Source: Eledone cirrhosa (taxonomy: Eukaryota). From it: a stretch of 64,000 nt of DNA. Position numbers and translations under genes: made by a program. Of the stretch, positions 15,392-27,600 are shown piece by piece. Location: positions 34,782,001 to 34,846,000 of the forward strand of contig OZ024743.1 in NCBI GenBank assembly GCA_964016885.1, written 5' to 3'. Below the pieces are notes generated by a model, which was given only the letters and a program-made list of their open reading frames with translations, was not told where the DNA came from and did not search any database. Each line of letters opens with the position of its first letter. The stretch's first letter is position 1.

Positions 15392-18300
15392 AGTATTGCA
15401 GTTTAATCTAATAGTAACAGCAGCATTGCAGCTTAATCTAATAGTAACAGCAGTATTGCAGTTTAATCTAATAGTAACAGCAGTATTGCAGTTTAATCTA
15501 ATAGTAACAGCAGTATTGCAGCTTAATCTAATAGTAACAGCAGTATTGCAGTTTAATCTAATAGTAACAGCAGCATTGCAGCTTAATCTAATAGTAACAG
15601 CAGTATTGCAGTTTAATCTAATAGTAACAGCAGTATTGCAGTTTAATCTAATAGTAACAGCAGCATTGCAGCTTAATCTAATAGTAACAGCAGCATTGCA
15701 GTTTAATCTAATAGTAACAGCAGCATTGCAGTTTAATCTAATAGTAACAGCAGTATTGCAGCTTAATCTAATAGTAACAGCAGTATTGCAGTTTAATCTA
15801 ATAGTAACAGCAGCATTGCAGCTTAATCTAATAGTAACAGCAGTATTGCAGCTTAATCTAATAGTAACAGCAGTATTGCAGTTTAATCTAATAGTAACAG
15901 CATTATTGCAGTTTAATCTAATAGTAAGAGCAGTATTGCAGTTTAATCTAATAGTAAGAGCAGTATTGCAGTTTAATCTAATAGTAACAGCAGTATTGCA
16001 GTTTAATCTAATAGTAACAGCAGTATTGCAGTTTAATCTAATAGTAACAGCAGTATTGCAGTTTAATCCAATAGTAACAGCAGTATTGCAGTTTAATCTA
16101 ATAGTAACAGCAGTATTGCAGTTTAATCTAATAGTAACAGTAGTATTGCAGTTTAATCTAATAGTAAAATCAGTATTGCAGTTTAATCTAATAGTAACAG
16201 TAGTATTGCAGTTTAATCTAATAGTAACAGTAGTATTGCAGTTTAATCTAATAGTAACAGTAGTATTGCAGTTTAATCTAATAGTAACAGTAGTATTGCA
16301 GTTTAATCTAATAGTAACAGCAGTATTGCAGTTTAATCTAATAGTAACAGCAGTATTGCAGTTTAATCCAATAGTAACAGTAGTATTGCAGTTTAATCTA
16401 ATAGTAACAGTAGTATTGCAGTTTAATCCAATAGTAACAGTAGTATTGCAGTTTAATCTAATAGTAACAGCAGTATTGCAGTTTAATCCAATAGTAACAG
16501 CAGTATTGCAGTTTAATCTAATAGTAACAGTAGTATTGCAGTTTAATCTAATAGTAAAATCAGTATTGCAGTTTAATCCAATAGTAACAGCAGTATTGCA
16601 GTTTAATCCAATAGTAACAGCAGTATTGCAGTTTAATCCAATAGTAACAGTAGTATTGCAGTTTAATCTAATAGTAACAGCAGTATTGCAGTTTAATCCA
16701 ATAGTAACAGTAGTATTGCAGTTTAATCTAATAGTAACAGCAGTATTGCAGTTTAATCTAATATAACAGAGGTATTGCAGTTTAATCTAATAGTAACAGT
16801 AGTATTGCAGTTTAATCTAATATAACAGAGGTATTGCAGTTTAATCTAATAGTAACAGTAGTATTGCAGTTTAATCTAATAGTAACAGTAGTATTGCAGT
16901 TTAATCCAATAGTAACAGTAGTATTGCAGTTTAATCTAATAGTAACAGCAGTATTGCAGTTTAATCCAATAGTAACGGCAGTATTGCAGTTTAATCTAAT
17001 AGTAACAGCAGGATTGCAGTTTAATCTAATATAACAGAGGTATTGCAGTTTAATCTAATAGTAACATCAGTATTGCAGTTTAATCTAATAGTAACAGTAG
17101 TATTGCAGTTTAATCCAATAGTAACAGCAGTATTGCAGTTTAATCCAATAGTAACAGCAGTATTGCAGTTTAATCCAATAGTAACAGTAGTATTGCAGTT
17201 TAATCTAATAGTAACAGCAGTATTGCAGTTTAATCCAATAGTAACAGTAGTATTGCAGTTTAATCCAATAGTAACAGTAGTATTGCAGTTTAATCTAATA
17301 GTAACAGCAGTATTGCAGTTTAATCCAATAGTAACGGCAGTATTGCAGTTTAATCTAATAGTAACAGCAGGATTGCAGTTTAATCTAATATAACAGAGGT
17401 ATTGCAGTTTAATCTAATAGTAACATCAGTATTGCAGTTTAATCTAATAGTAACAGTAGTATTGCAGTTTAATCTAATAGTAACAGCAGTATTGCAGTTT
17501 AATCTAATAGTAACAGTAGTATTGCAGTTTAATCTAATAGTAACAGTAGTATTGCTGTTTAATCTAATAGTAACAGCAGTATTGCAGTTTAATCTAATAG
17601 TAACAGAGGTATTGCAGTTTAATCTAATAGTAACAGTAGTATTGCAGTTTAATCTAATAGTAACAGAGTATTGCAGTTTAATCCAATAGTAACAGTAGTA
17701 TTGCAGTTTAATCTAATAGTAACAGCAGTATTGCAGTTTAATCTAATAGTAACAGCAGTATTGCAGTTTAATCTAATAGTAACAGTAGTATTGCAGTTTA
17801 ATCTAATAGTAACAGCAGTATTACAGTTTAATCTAATAGTAACAGCAGTATTACAGTTTAATCTAATAGTAACAGTAGTATTGCAGTTTAATCTAATAGT
17901 AAAATCAGTATTGCAGTTTAATCTAATAGTAACAGTAGTATTGCAGTTTAATCTAATAGTAACAGCAGTATTGCAGTTTAATCCAATAGTAACAGCAGTA
18001 TTGCAGTTTAATCTAATAGTAACAGTAGTATTGCAGTTTAATCTAATAGTAACAGCAGTATTACAGTTTAATCTAATAGTAACAGTAGTATTGCAGTTTA
18101 ATCTAATAGTAAAATCAGTATTGCAGTTTAATCTAATAGTAACAGTAGTATTGCAGTTTAATCTAATAGTAACAGTAGTATTGCAGTTTAATCTAATAGT
18201 AACATCAGTATTGCAGTTTAATCCAATAGTAACAGCAGTATTGTAGTTTAATCTAATAGTAACAGTAGTATTGCAGTTTAATCTAATAGTAACAGTAGTA

Positions 18301-18527
18301 TTGCAGTTTAATCTAATAGTAACAGTAGTATTGCAGTTTAATCTAATAGTAACAGTAGTATTGCAGTTTAATCTAATAGTAACAGTAGTATTGCAGTTTA
18401 ATCTAATAGTAACAGTAGTATTGCAGTTTAATCTAATAGTAACAGTAGTATTGCAGTTTAATCTAATAGTAACAGCAGTATTGCAGTTTAATCTAATAGT
18501 AACAGCACTATTGCAGTTTAATCCAAT
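15392..18527. repeat. 30-bp minisatellite (GTATTGCAGTTTAATCTAATAGTAACAGYA)n, ~100 copies
   Basis: Direct inspection; units align at a 30-bp period with occasional 1-2 bp deletions. Confidence 0.97.
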
Positions 18528-18562
18528 ATCAGAATTGTGATATCATGTCGTGTCGTCTAAGT

Positions 18563-18756
18563 ATAATTGTTTCTACTTTTGGCACAAGGCCTGCAATTAT
18601 CCCAGAGTATTACTGGTACTTTATTTTATCGACCCCGTAAGGATGAAAGGCAAAGTTAACCTCGGCGGGGATTTGAATTCAGACCGTAAAGTGCCATAAC
18701 AATACTGGAAAGCATGGCGTCTGACCCTCTACGCCGATACTGCCAATCCACCGCCC
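18563..18756 (-). mobile_element. SINE family A
   Basis: Full-length reverse-complement copy. Confidence 0.9.
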
Positions 18757-20599
18757 TAAGTATAATGATTCTAAAAGGTTGTCCGGTATGCAGCCTGTGC
18801 GGGATTCGATTTAGCTACCATATTTAGCTTGTATGTAAATGTATCGTTTAAGTTTCTCATGAAAAAATCTAAACCGTTATGATGACAAGAGATCATGTAG
18901 GTAAGGTGAACCAGTTGGGTTTTGCAGGTGGTGGTTCAAGGTTTGATAATTTTAGAACCGATACAGTATGGATAGAGACAGACTACATATACGATAATTA
19001 AACCAGGGATAATCATGTAGGATTAGACTTTTATATAAATCCTATCACTTGATTGAAATCAACAGCTAACGAAGAAGACTATACTAACACTTGCTAAGAT
19101 ATATTCTGGAGTGCAGTAGTCTTTGTGGGATTTTAGATAAATTGAAATTAGTTGCTGGTGTTCAAAGTTTTATTGAGTTATCTCTCATACCCACGCATCA
19201 GAAGATTTAAGTGACTCACAAGAGCAATTGTCACCTAATGCTTCGCTCAAGTTTTATTGGCTGCCATGATGTGGATAATGGATAAATTTCGTGAAGGATA
19301 GGTAACTTGTCTTTTGCAAGTAGAAAAATGACTGAAGGAAGAATTAACCAGCGGTGTCTGATGCATAAAACTTAGCATTAAAGTAAACATTGGTATATTT
19401 AATAAATTAAGCTAAGAAATGTTAGTTAATTAAAATCACACTCTTATTGATGACAATAATTATTATATAGAGGACTAATTCTGATCAAGGAAAGCAAAGG
19501 AGACAACTCTGAAATTTAGGTGGTGATCAATTTATCTCTAAGGGTCGGAATTCACTTAATTAAAATTTCTTGGCTTACTTTATTAAGTAGGATACTGTCC
19601 ATCTACCATTACAGCTAACCTTTCACAGTTTATCTGAGAATTATTTGTTGCTGTTGTTGTTGTGTATAAATCTGTATTGCTCTTGTTTAACATTAGGTAT
19701 GCTCTGTTAAGTAGACCTATGATCAAATGTTTTCAAACCGTGATCAAGCTTCTTTTCTAAAACAGTAGAATGTGATTTGAGGTAAATTTTGCTGCTACTT
19801 TTAGCAAGTAGAGATTGCTCATTGGTTCTTTGTACCAATGCACTAAAAAATAAGTTGTTCTACCCAGAATAATAATTTGAGCTTATCATCTATATGCAGT
19901 TGTTCGATACCTTATCCACTCGATCATGCTGCTCGGACGTGCTGAATGTTGTTTTAATTGGATGTATCATAAGTCACTGAGAATACATTTATGCTACCAA
20001 GGCTAGCAATTTTTATCTGAAACAGTTTATTAACGACAGTCTTAGGAAAAGTAGGTGTAATTCAGCATCGGGTTAGCCTCGATCACCATCACTGAAGAAG
20101 CTAAATATCCTGATGAGAATTCTTAACACTAGAAACTTGCGAAATCGAGAGTAACAAACCAAACTTGACATTGTAGATGGTGACAGAGATAGAGATTAAT
20201 CAGTGTAAAAAGCTAGTCATACAACATGACACAGAGAGTAGGAGCAAGTCCTTGCAAATTGCTTTGTTTTTGTATGGTTCAAACTTTGATTGTGTTCCTG
20301 TTCTGATGACAAAACAACAGGTTCAGAAAAATATACCTCTGAAATTTTATCACTAAACGTATTGTTCCATTCAGTGGAATTATTTGGGGCAAATTTGGAC
20401 ATCTGTTTTTGTGCCTTTTTTCTGGGTTTAGATGTTCAAACAAATGGTAAAGTTCTGGAACTACATTGTGACAGTAGTATTTTTCAGTCAGGTTTCAGCA
20501 TGGTTTCTCACAAAAGAGTGTTTTTAGCAGCTGATTTTCCATAGACATATAAACAACTTCTTTGGTGGATCAACATGTTCTATAGATGACAATTGGTCG

Positions 20600-21445
20600 A
20601 GATAAATGATTATAACGTACACAGACCTTTTTTACGAAAGGTGCAGAAAATTATCGATACGAACCCCAGAAAGTCAATTAGTGCCATTGCTAAGAATCTC
20701 AAGGTTTTAAGATACACTATGGGAAGAATTGTGCATGAGAACCTTTGATACAAGTTATCTGTGATGCAGAGAGGCTAATTCATGTCTGCAAAGACAAAAG
20801 ATAACCGTTTGATCCGCAGAAAACGGTTGTTGAGCAAGTTAAAAATCAAGAACCTGGAATGCTTTGGTTTTTCTCTGGTGAAAAAAAAACTTTGATCTAG
20901 ACAAAAAGGTCAACCAAAAGAATAACAGATGGTTATGCAGAGACCTTAACGAGGTTCCAACGGTCATGCGCACAAAGTTTCCTGCAACTGTGATGGTTCT
21001 GGGAGAGTCAATGCAAAGGAAGACTGTACGCCTATTAACAAGACTCCAAGCAGCTTCATACGACGACCCAAGAATGGATGAGTTGCAATCTCCACGATTG
21101 CACCACCCCAAACATAAGGCCTTCTAGCTCTCCATACTACATATAAGCAGTAGTCGCGAGGGAAGAGAGTCAACGCCCACATATCACTATAAAATCGCTT
21201 GTGTCCGCCAAAACTAGCATAATGACGGAAATAGATAAAGATCATCTGATTCGGGCATGTCAACATTTCAGACCTTGTATTGAAGCAGTCATTGATGTTA
21301 ATGGCGGATTCATTGAGTAGATGCATCAAAAATAGTTTCAAGATTATTCATGTCAATTTTTTCTCAAATAAAGCTCTTCTTTCATAATGTATACGTCTTT
21401 TATTAAATTCACACAAATGTCCTCAAAGAACTTAGCAACCCTGTA
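20600..21445 (+). pseudogene. Decayed Tc1/mariner (maT/DD37D-like) transposon
   Basis: Broken frames read NPRKSISAIAKNLKV...WFFSGEK...KVNQKNNRWLCRDLNEVPTVMRTKFPATVMVLG. Right end ...CAACCCTGTA. Confidence 0.7.
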
Positions 21446-21769
21446 GAGCAAAAATATAAGGTCAATTGAACGAGATAGTTTCGATTCATGTTCTTGCTAA
21501 CTTACTTCATTTACTTTGATAAAGCCCAATAAAAAAATAAACGTGAACCTAACAGAAGCTAGTTTCTCTTTCTCTAAACAGGTTTCCTATACAGGTGTTA
21601 TTTAGGATTATATTATTGTTATTTATATAGCTGTAGTGATAAATCGCATCAGTTACAGCTTTCAGGTTACTTTGATTAATCACGCAATTTCTTCGAGAAA
21701 AAGTATGTCTCAGAAACCTATTTACGCCCAATTAACTCCGTCATACTTCATGCCTACCTAATATGACAG

Positions 21770-22120
21770 TATGGTAGTGCATCAGACGCCATGCTTTGCA
21801 ACATAGAATTAAGACCCTTTACGTTCTGAGTTCAAATCCCGCCGAGGTTAACTTTGCCTTTCATCCTTACGGGGTCGATAAAATAAAGTACCAGTAATGC
21901 ACTGAGATAATTATTGGCCTTGTGCCAAAAGTAGAAACAATTATTAAGTTGGACACCTTGCTTTGCAGCATTGAGTTACGGCCCTTTACGTTCTGAGTTC
22001 AAATCCCGCCGAGGTTAGCTTTGCCTTTCATCCTTACGGGGTCGATAAGATAAAACACAAGTAATGCACTGGGGTAGATTTCATCGACATCCCCCTCCCC
22101 TAAATCAGAAACCATTATTA
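21770..22120 (+). mobile_element. Two tandem SINE family A copies just upstream of exon A
   Basis: Two B-box + core units (near 21828 and 21995). Confidence 0.85.
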
Positions 22121-22147
22121 ATTTGTTTGTTGTTTTTTTTGTTTCAG

Positions 22148-22332
22148 GTGATACGATGCTGTGAGTCACGTGGTCAGCTAAATATCCAACTACGCCGTTT
22201 CCAAAACAAACGAGGTCTTACTTTTAAAGGTCACTGCTGTGATGACCAGGTTTCGTGGCCGTCCTTACGTATGCATAATTGCACCGAGTCGTGTGACTAC
22301 GTTCTACGACTGCTGATCTCAGGCCTTGGTCG
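22148..22332 (+). CDS. Notch-ligand-like C2/MNNL-mucin gene, exon A (end of signal peptide and first half of C2/MNNL domain)
   Basis: Polypyrimidine tract + TTTCAG acceptor, phase 0. Translates VIRCCESRGQLNIQLRRFQNKRGLTFKGHCCDDQ...NCTESCDYVLRLLISGLG, matching the Delta/Jagged N-terminal pattern (G.FELKL..F.NKKG....CC...C...C...FR.C). Donor CG|GTAAGT, phase 2. Confidence 0.85.
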
Positions 22333-22552
22333 GTAAGTATTCAATCTCATTTCGAAGTAATTAGTGCAAAATAAAGACCCATAAACACTGTTTGATCATT
22401 AATTCAATTGATAAATAGAACCTCTCGTAAGAGGAGAGAACATTATAGCCATTTAGTAACGGGTGTCGTTAGTATTATGAGTTTAACGTGATATTGGCTG
22501 TTGTAGGAAGTAATCGGAACCAGAGCCTGGATCCAATAGCAATACGAATTAA

Positions 22553-22772
22553 CCCTTTAACATTTACATTACTCTATATTTACTATTATATTTTCACAGT
22601 AAAGGCTTTGTCTTACATAATATCTCACATAATATTGAATCTATGAGATTTTGATATTATTTATTTAGAAAACAATACCTTAATATCAGTATGGGCGGCC
22701 GGTTACAGCCAGTTTGAACAGAAAAGGGTGAGAAAATTGTGGCCGGATATGGCCAGTTTAAATGCTAAAGGA
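22553..22772. mobile_element. piggyBac-type MITE
   Basis: TTAA|CCCTTTAACATTTA ... TAAATGCTAAAGGA|TTAA. Confidence 0.8.
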
Positions 22773-23004
22773 TTAAAACAATTGATGGACTTTAGTCTTA
22801 GACCAGGCATTCCCAACAGGGGGGGGGGGGGTCAGCATGACAAACTGTGTTAAGGTTGGCCATTTGAATTACAGGTACAGCCCATCCGAAAGTCATCAAA
22901 TAAAATGATGTCAAGTACTAGGGTCGATTTAACCAATTTTGCCATTCCTCTAAATACGCCTCCTCTCTCTCTCTTCTTCTTCTTCTTCTTCTTCTTCTTT
23001 GCCC

Positions 23005-23215
23005 ACTTATTCCTGAGAGGTCGTGGGGACATGGGTAAGGGTTGGCACGAATACTGAATTAAAGATAGCGAGTTTGGCCTTTACACGTACCTCCCTCCTT
23101 CTGATTACTGAATGCAGGAGCTGGTGCATTACTGCACCAGCTCCTGCAATTCTTGCACTTAATTCAGCCTCTTGCCGTCCACCACTCGTGAACACGGCCC
23201 TGAGATACGTAGGTA
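23005..23215 (-). mobile_element. Fragment of the same RTE LINE family
   Basis: YLRAVFTSGGRQEAELSARIAGAGAVMHQLLHSVIRRREVRVKAKLAIFNSVFVPTLT, similar to 28000-28170. Confidence 0.85.
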
Positions 23216-23257
23216 TTATGCCTAAATTAGAAATGAAGACATTCACTTCATTCGTGC

Positions 23258-23462
23258 TGAGTGGTTAGAGAATTGGATTCGCAATCATGAGGTTGTGAGT
23301 TCGATTCCCGGACCGGGCGATGCGTTATGTCCTTGAGCAAGACACTTTATTTCACATTGTTCCTTCTACCTGGAGTTGCGACCGATAGATAGTATTAACA
23401 ATTGGAAAGACCAACGGAAACATTGTTTCTTCGGTCCGATTTGACGAAAGTCGATCGACTGT
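23258..23462 (+). mobile_element. SINE family B with alternative tail
   Basis: Head/core followed by CCTTCTACCTGGAG...GACCAACGGAAACATTG; a reverse copy lies at 4597-4729. Confidence 0.8.
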
Positions 23463-24149
23463 CGTCGATGTCTCTGAAAAGGGGGTAAATATCATAGAAT
23501 CACATTTGTATCTCACTAGGATTATTTTGTTTCTTTAGACTTGTACCTAAGATTTTTAAAATTCGGTATAGTTAGGATAAGGGTTAACCCTAGTCTTAAT
23601 CATGACCTTAACCCTAAACCATCTTCTGTACAGTCGACTTTACACTTTCCTGTGAATTACGTCACCAATCAAAATCCATGATAATCACTAATGTGGATAG
23701 TTTTATGATTTTATTTTAGTTTTTCAGTTATAGATTAACACATGTGTACTTTCAAAATATGCTAGTTGGAATTTTCTGGAAATCTTTATTTACATTTCGA
23801 TACACATTTGTTCTGATTCACTACACTTTTATAAATATTTTCTATCTTTCTTTGTATATTTTTAACTATCCTCACATACCTTTTCATAAATATATACAAA
23901 TACAGCACACACGTCCACACACCACACAAATACACCAATATACATGAAACACACACATATGCCTACACGTTCACAACTGTACACAAACACACATACACAT
24001 TTAGACAAACATACATGCTAAGATCTATGGAAGCTTGTCAACAATTATGACAGTCGTTTGCATAACACAGGTATTATGTCACGTGGTATTATGACACTTC
24101 TAGTAAATTCTTTTCTTCGGCATATTTTCATTACAATATTTAATATATA

Positions 24150-24510
24150 TTATTCGGATACAGTAAAAGAATGCTTTGTGTTCATTTTACGTTCTGATTT
24201 CAATTCTTGACGGGGTCGATTTTCGCCTTTCATCTTTCCAGAATCAATAAAATTAGGCACCAGTCAAGTCCTGGGATTGACTGTTCAATTCCCTAAAAAT
24301 GTGTGGGCCCGTGACTATGAAGAAAACCATTGTTTGCGTTGTTTAGTTACGGATCGTTATGTCCTGAGTTCAAATCCCACCAAGATTAACTTTGCCTTTC
24401 ATCCTTCCGCGGTCGATAAAATAAAGCACTAGTTAAATACTGGGTCGATATAATCGTCTTCCCCTTCCTTCCAAATTGCTGCCTTGTGCCAAAAGTAGAA
24501 ACAATTATTA
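24150..24510 (+). mobile_element. Two SINE family A copies upstream of exon B
   Basis: Core GCCTTTCATC..TCGATAAAATAAAG and tail GTGCCAAAAGTAGAAACAATT. Confidence 0.8.
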
Positions 24511-24545
24511 TGGTCATTGTATTTTTGTTGTTTGTTTTCCCCCAG

Positions 24546-24654
24546 AGCCAACGATCATGTGTTCAGATTTCACCAACCAGTCAAGTATAACTCTAACAGC
24601 ATTGATTTCGAGGGATCTTACACTCAAATATCAGTTCCTTTTGACCACTGGCCG
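24546..24654 (+). CDS. C2/MNNL-mucin gene, exon B
   Basis: Acceptor TTTTCCCCCAG, phase 2 in. Translates (R)ANDHVFRFHQPVKYNSNSIDFEGSYTQISVPFDHWP, ending in the I.xPFxxWP motif of Delta/Jagged C2 domains. Donor CCG|GTAAGT, phase 0. Confidence 0.85.
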
Positions 24655-24754
24655 GTAAGTCACATGACATGGACATTACTACCTCTTCTTTATACTATAA
24701 CGTTCTCAATAACAAGGTGTATATGAAAGCATATACAATGTGTTCATGTATAAT

Positions 24755-25045
24755 AAACAGAGCTGTACGGGAGCCTCCCAAAAGTCAGCTCGAGGGTGGC
24801 ACAGAGGAGACTGAGGTTAGCTGGACATGCTCACCGACATCCAGAGTTGACATTGCACTCAGTGCTCCTGTGGGAGCCCCTGCATGGACACACTGGAAGA
24901 GGAAGACCGAGGTTAACATATGTTGATGCCCTAAGGACAGACACTGGTCTCTTGGAGACGCAGGACATGGCAGCGATGATGAGGGACAGAGACTGCTGGA
25001 GAGAACTCGTCCATGGATCTCGGGAATCTTACCCGCCCTAGAGAC
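24755..25045 (+). mobile_element. RTE LINE 3' fragment
   Basis: QRRLRLAGHAHRHPE...VLLWEPLHGHTGRGRPRLTYVDAL...MRDRDCWRELV, a typical RTE C-terminus. Confidence 0.85.
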
Positions 25046-25545
25046 ATCTTGCGATAGGTGTTTTAAGCTGTGCTTATCTCACATTTACCTCTCAGATTAA
25101 AATACCTATAACGAGACATATATGCTTTCACATACACCTCTATTATGAATCACACTATGTTAGTGCCACTGCTAACAAAGTAGATATAACATACAAACAT
25201 TCCTCGTGGAAAATTCTTGATAAATTATCAGGAGAAATAAAAAGATAGAAGCACACGTATTTGTACATTTTAAGAGATGTTGATCTAGGATATGAATTAA
25301 ATTGTTAGTTTATGCATCAACATTATTGAAAACAGTAGAATATACACGGCGTTGCTAGGGGTCGAAACTGCCAAAGTCCACCTCAAGGGCCGATGACCTT
25401 GGAGTTCTGTGTCTCTCGTTTGTATTGTTATTTTTAAAAAAAGATTTTTAAGGTTCCCCTTAAAAAATTGTTTTTCGTTTTACCTTGTTTTCGTCCGTTG
25501 TTTTGTTCTCTCAGTTAATAATTATTATTGTTGTGTCCATTTTAG

Positions 25546-25706
25546 GGTGAGGTTGACCTTCACGTGTTTTTCTATGACTACCACGATATTGATAACTCAG
25601 CTCAGCTAGTTGACTGGTTCGAAACACGACTGGTCCAGAAAAAGATGTCACCGCATGACAGTGTTTATAAAAATATTTACGGCAGAAGAAAGTTATTTAA
25701 AACGAG
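25546..25706 (+). CDS. C2/MNNL-mucin gene, exon C
   Basis: Acceptor TTTTAG, phase 0. Open frame GEVDLHVFFYDYHDIDNSAQLVDWFETRLVQKKMSPHDSVYKNIYGRRKLFKT (not in the ORF track). Donor AG|GTAAGT, phase 2. Confidence 0.8.
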
Positions 25707-25756
25707 GTAAGTTAATCATGCTATGGGAAAATACAAAGCCCCAAACTGAATATCTA

Positions 25757-25877
25757 TAATAATAATTGTTTCTACTTTAGGCACAAGGCCAGCAATTTCC
25801 CAGTGCATTACTGGTACTTTATTTTATCGACCCCGTAAGGATGAAAGGCAAAGTCAACCTCGGCGGGATTTGAACTA
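25757..25877 (-). mobile_element. SINE family A (5'-truncated) downstream of exon C
   Basis: Reverse-complement core and tail. Confidence 0.85.
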
Positions 25878-26973
25878 ATAATGAAATGTGTGTACGTGTG
25901 TCCGCGTGGCTTCCTGACTTTAGACTCAGCACAATAGGCTGCCTCCCTCTCATCGCTCACAATTAACACATATTTAGAATCGGGTAACTATCTCAGTGTT
26001 TCTATGCTACTTTGGTTCACCAGCCTACGGTACAAATTTGGACAACCCTTTTCTGGAGAATTAACAACGTTGAATTAAGTCAAATAAACGGCAAAATGAA
26101 ATATGTCGATGCGAGTTTATATCATTTACATTTCAAAAGTGTAATTTTCTCTTGTCAATCATTCATGTACAGATGCATTACGAAACACACACGCGTGCTC
26201 AGACTAGCAGAAATACTATACAGCGAACAGTATTTCTGCTAGTTTTTCATAAAATATATAAAGTACCTATCAAGCATTGAATTAATGAAGAAGGCTCTAC
26301 GCGGTCGATCGACATGCTAGAAATAGCGACTAATATTTTTAAGTGAAAGGAGACATTAGATAATATAAATCGTACATACTTTATGTTTGGATGGTGCCTG
26401 AATTGCCATGGCAGGAACACCTTTTCTCTTAGGAATTGTTAAATCATGGTTGAACTTAGGTTAAACAACATCTATTAAGTATCTCAAAGTAACATGTCAG
26501 CTATGATATAGGTGCAGGCATAGCTGTGTAGTTTTCTTCTCAACCACAAGGTTTCAGGTTCAGTCACATAGCGTGGCACCTCGGCTAAGTGTCTTCAACC
26601 TAAAGCTCGTGTTGACTAATGCCTTATGAAGGAAGCTTGGTAGATGGAAACAGCAGAAGCCCGTCGTATATGTGTGTTTACACCTGCCTGTTTATGCCCT
26701 TTAAATTAGGGTTTCGACGAAAACCGATCGATATAATAAGTACCAAATCGATCGATAAAATAAGTACTGAGATTGATGTGACTGACTAAATTATTTCAAT
26801 CTGGTGCCCTAGTATGGCCATAGTCTAATGACTGAAACCAGAAGAAGAGTACATACACACACACACACACACACGCACACACACACACATACATCGTTTT
26901 TGTATTTGTTTTGTCAGATTCTTGATGTGAAATCATGTTTTGAAACAGATATTGTTATACTTGGGAGGTGATG

Positions 26974-27074
26974 GTGCCAATAAAAACACACACCTGTAAG
27001 TTTCACTTCAGTTTATTATGAGTTGAGTAACTAAAAGTGAAACTCAACAGGTGTGTGTGTGTTTTTATTGGCAT
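26974..27074. repeat. Short inverted repeat, ~40-bp arms
   Basis: TGCCAATAAAAACACACACCTGT..AGTTTCACTT pairs with AAGTGAAACT..ACAGGTGTGTG..TTTTTATTGGCA. Confidence 0.75.
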
Positions 27075-27093
27075 GGCCTTCCCAAAGTATAAC

Positions 27094-27094
27094 A

Positions 27095-27157
<63 letters not shown>

Positions 27158-27165
27158 CATATATA

Positions 27166-27213
<48 letters not shown>

Positions 27214-27221
27214 CATATATA

Positions 27222-27264
<43 letters not shown>

Positions 27265-27293
27265 ATGTGTATATATATATGTGTATATATATG

Positions 27294-27386
<93 letters not shown>
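27094..27386. repeat. Compound (TA)n/(TG)n microsatellite (representative of many, e.g. 4548, 4730, 5020, 31975, 32760, 34203, 43815, 44895, 54190)
   Basis: Direct inspection. Confidence 0.95.
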
Positions 27387-27388
<2 letters not shown>

Positions 27389-27432
27389 GTTTAGGAATAA
27401 CCAAAGAGTGCTAAGAAATAGATTGTTTTATT

Positions 27433-27480
27433 AGCTAACACTGTTTCATCCATACCCTATGGCAGGAATCATCAGAGTCT
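27433..27480 (-). ncRNA. Degenerate hammerhead-like motif
   Basis: Minus strand AGACT-CTGATGA-TTCC...GGAT-GAAAC-AGT-GTT-AGCT: core intact, stem I imperfect. Confidence 0.35.
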
Positions 27481-27544
27481 AAAAAAATATATCATAGGTT
27501 GCAGGCTCCATCAAGCTCTATCACCAGAACAAGGATAAAGGACA

Positions 27545-27598
<54 letters not shown>

Positions 27599-27600
<2 letters not shown>

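Noticed and set aside
15351-18540. (TAVLQFNLIV)n ORFs
   Set aside because: 30-bp minisatellite with frameshifting deletions and no splice or coding context.
20080-20185. Hammerhead-like CTGAAGA/CTGATGA...GAAA
   Set aside because: Stems II and III cannot be formed convincingly.
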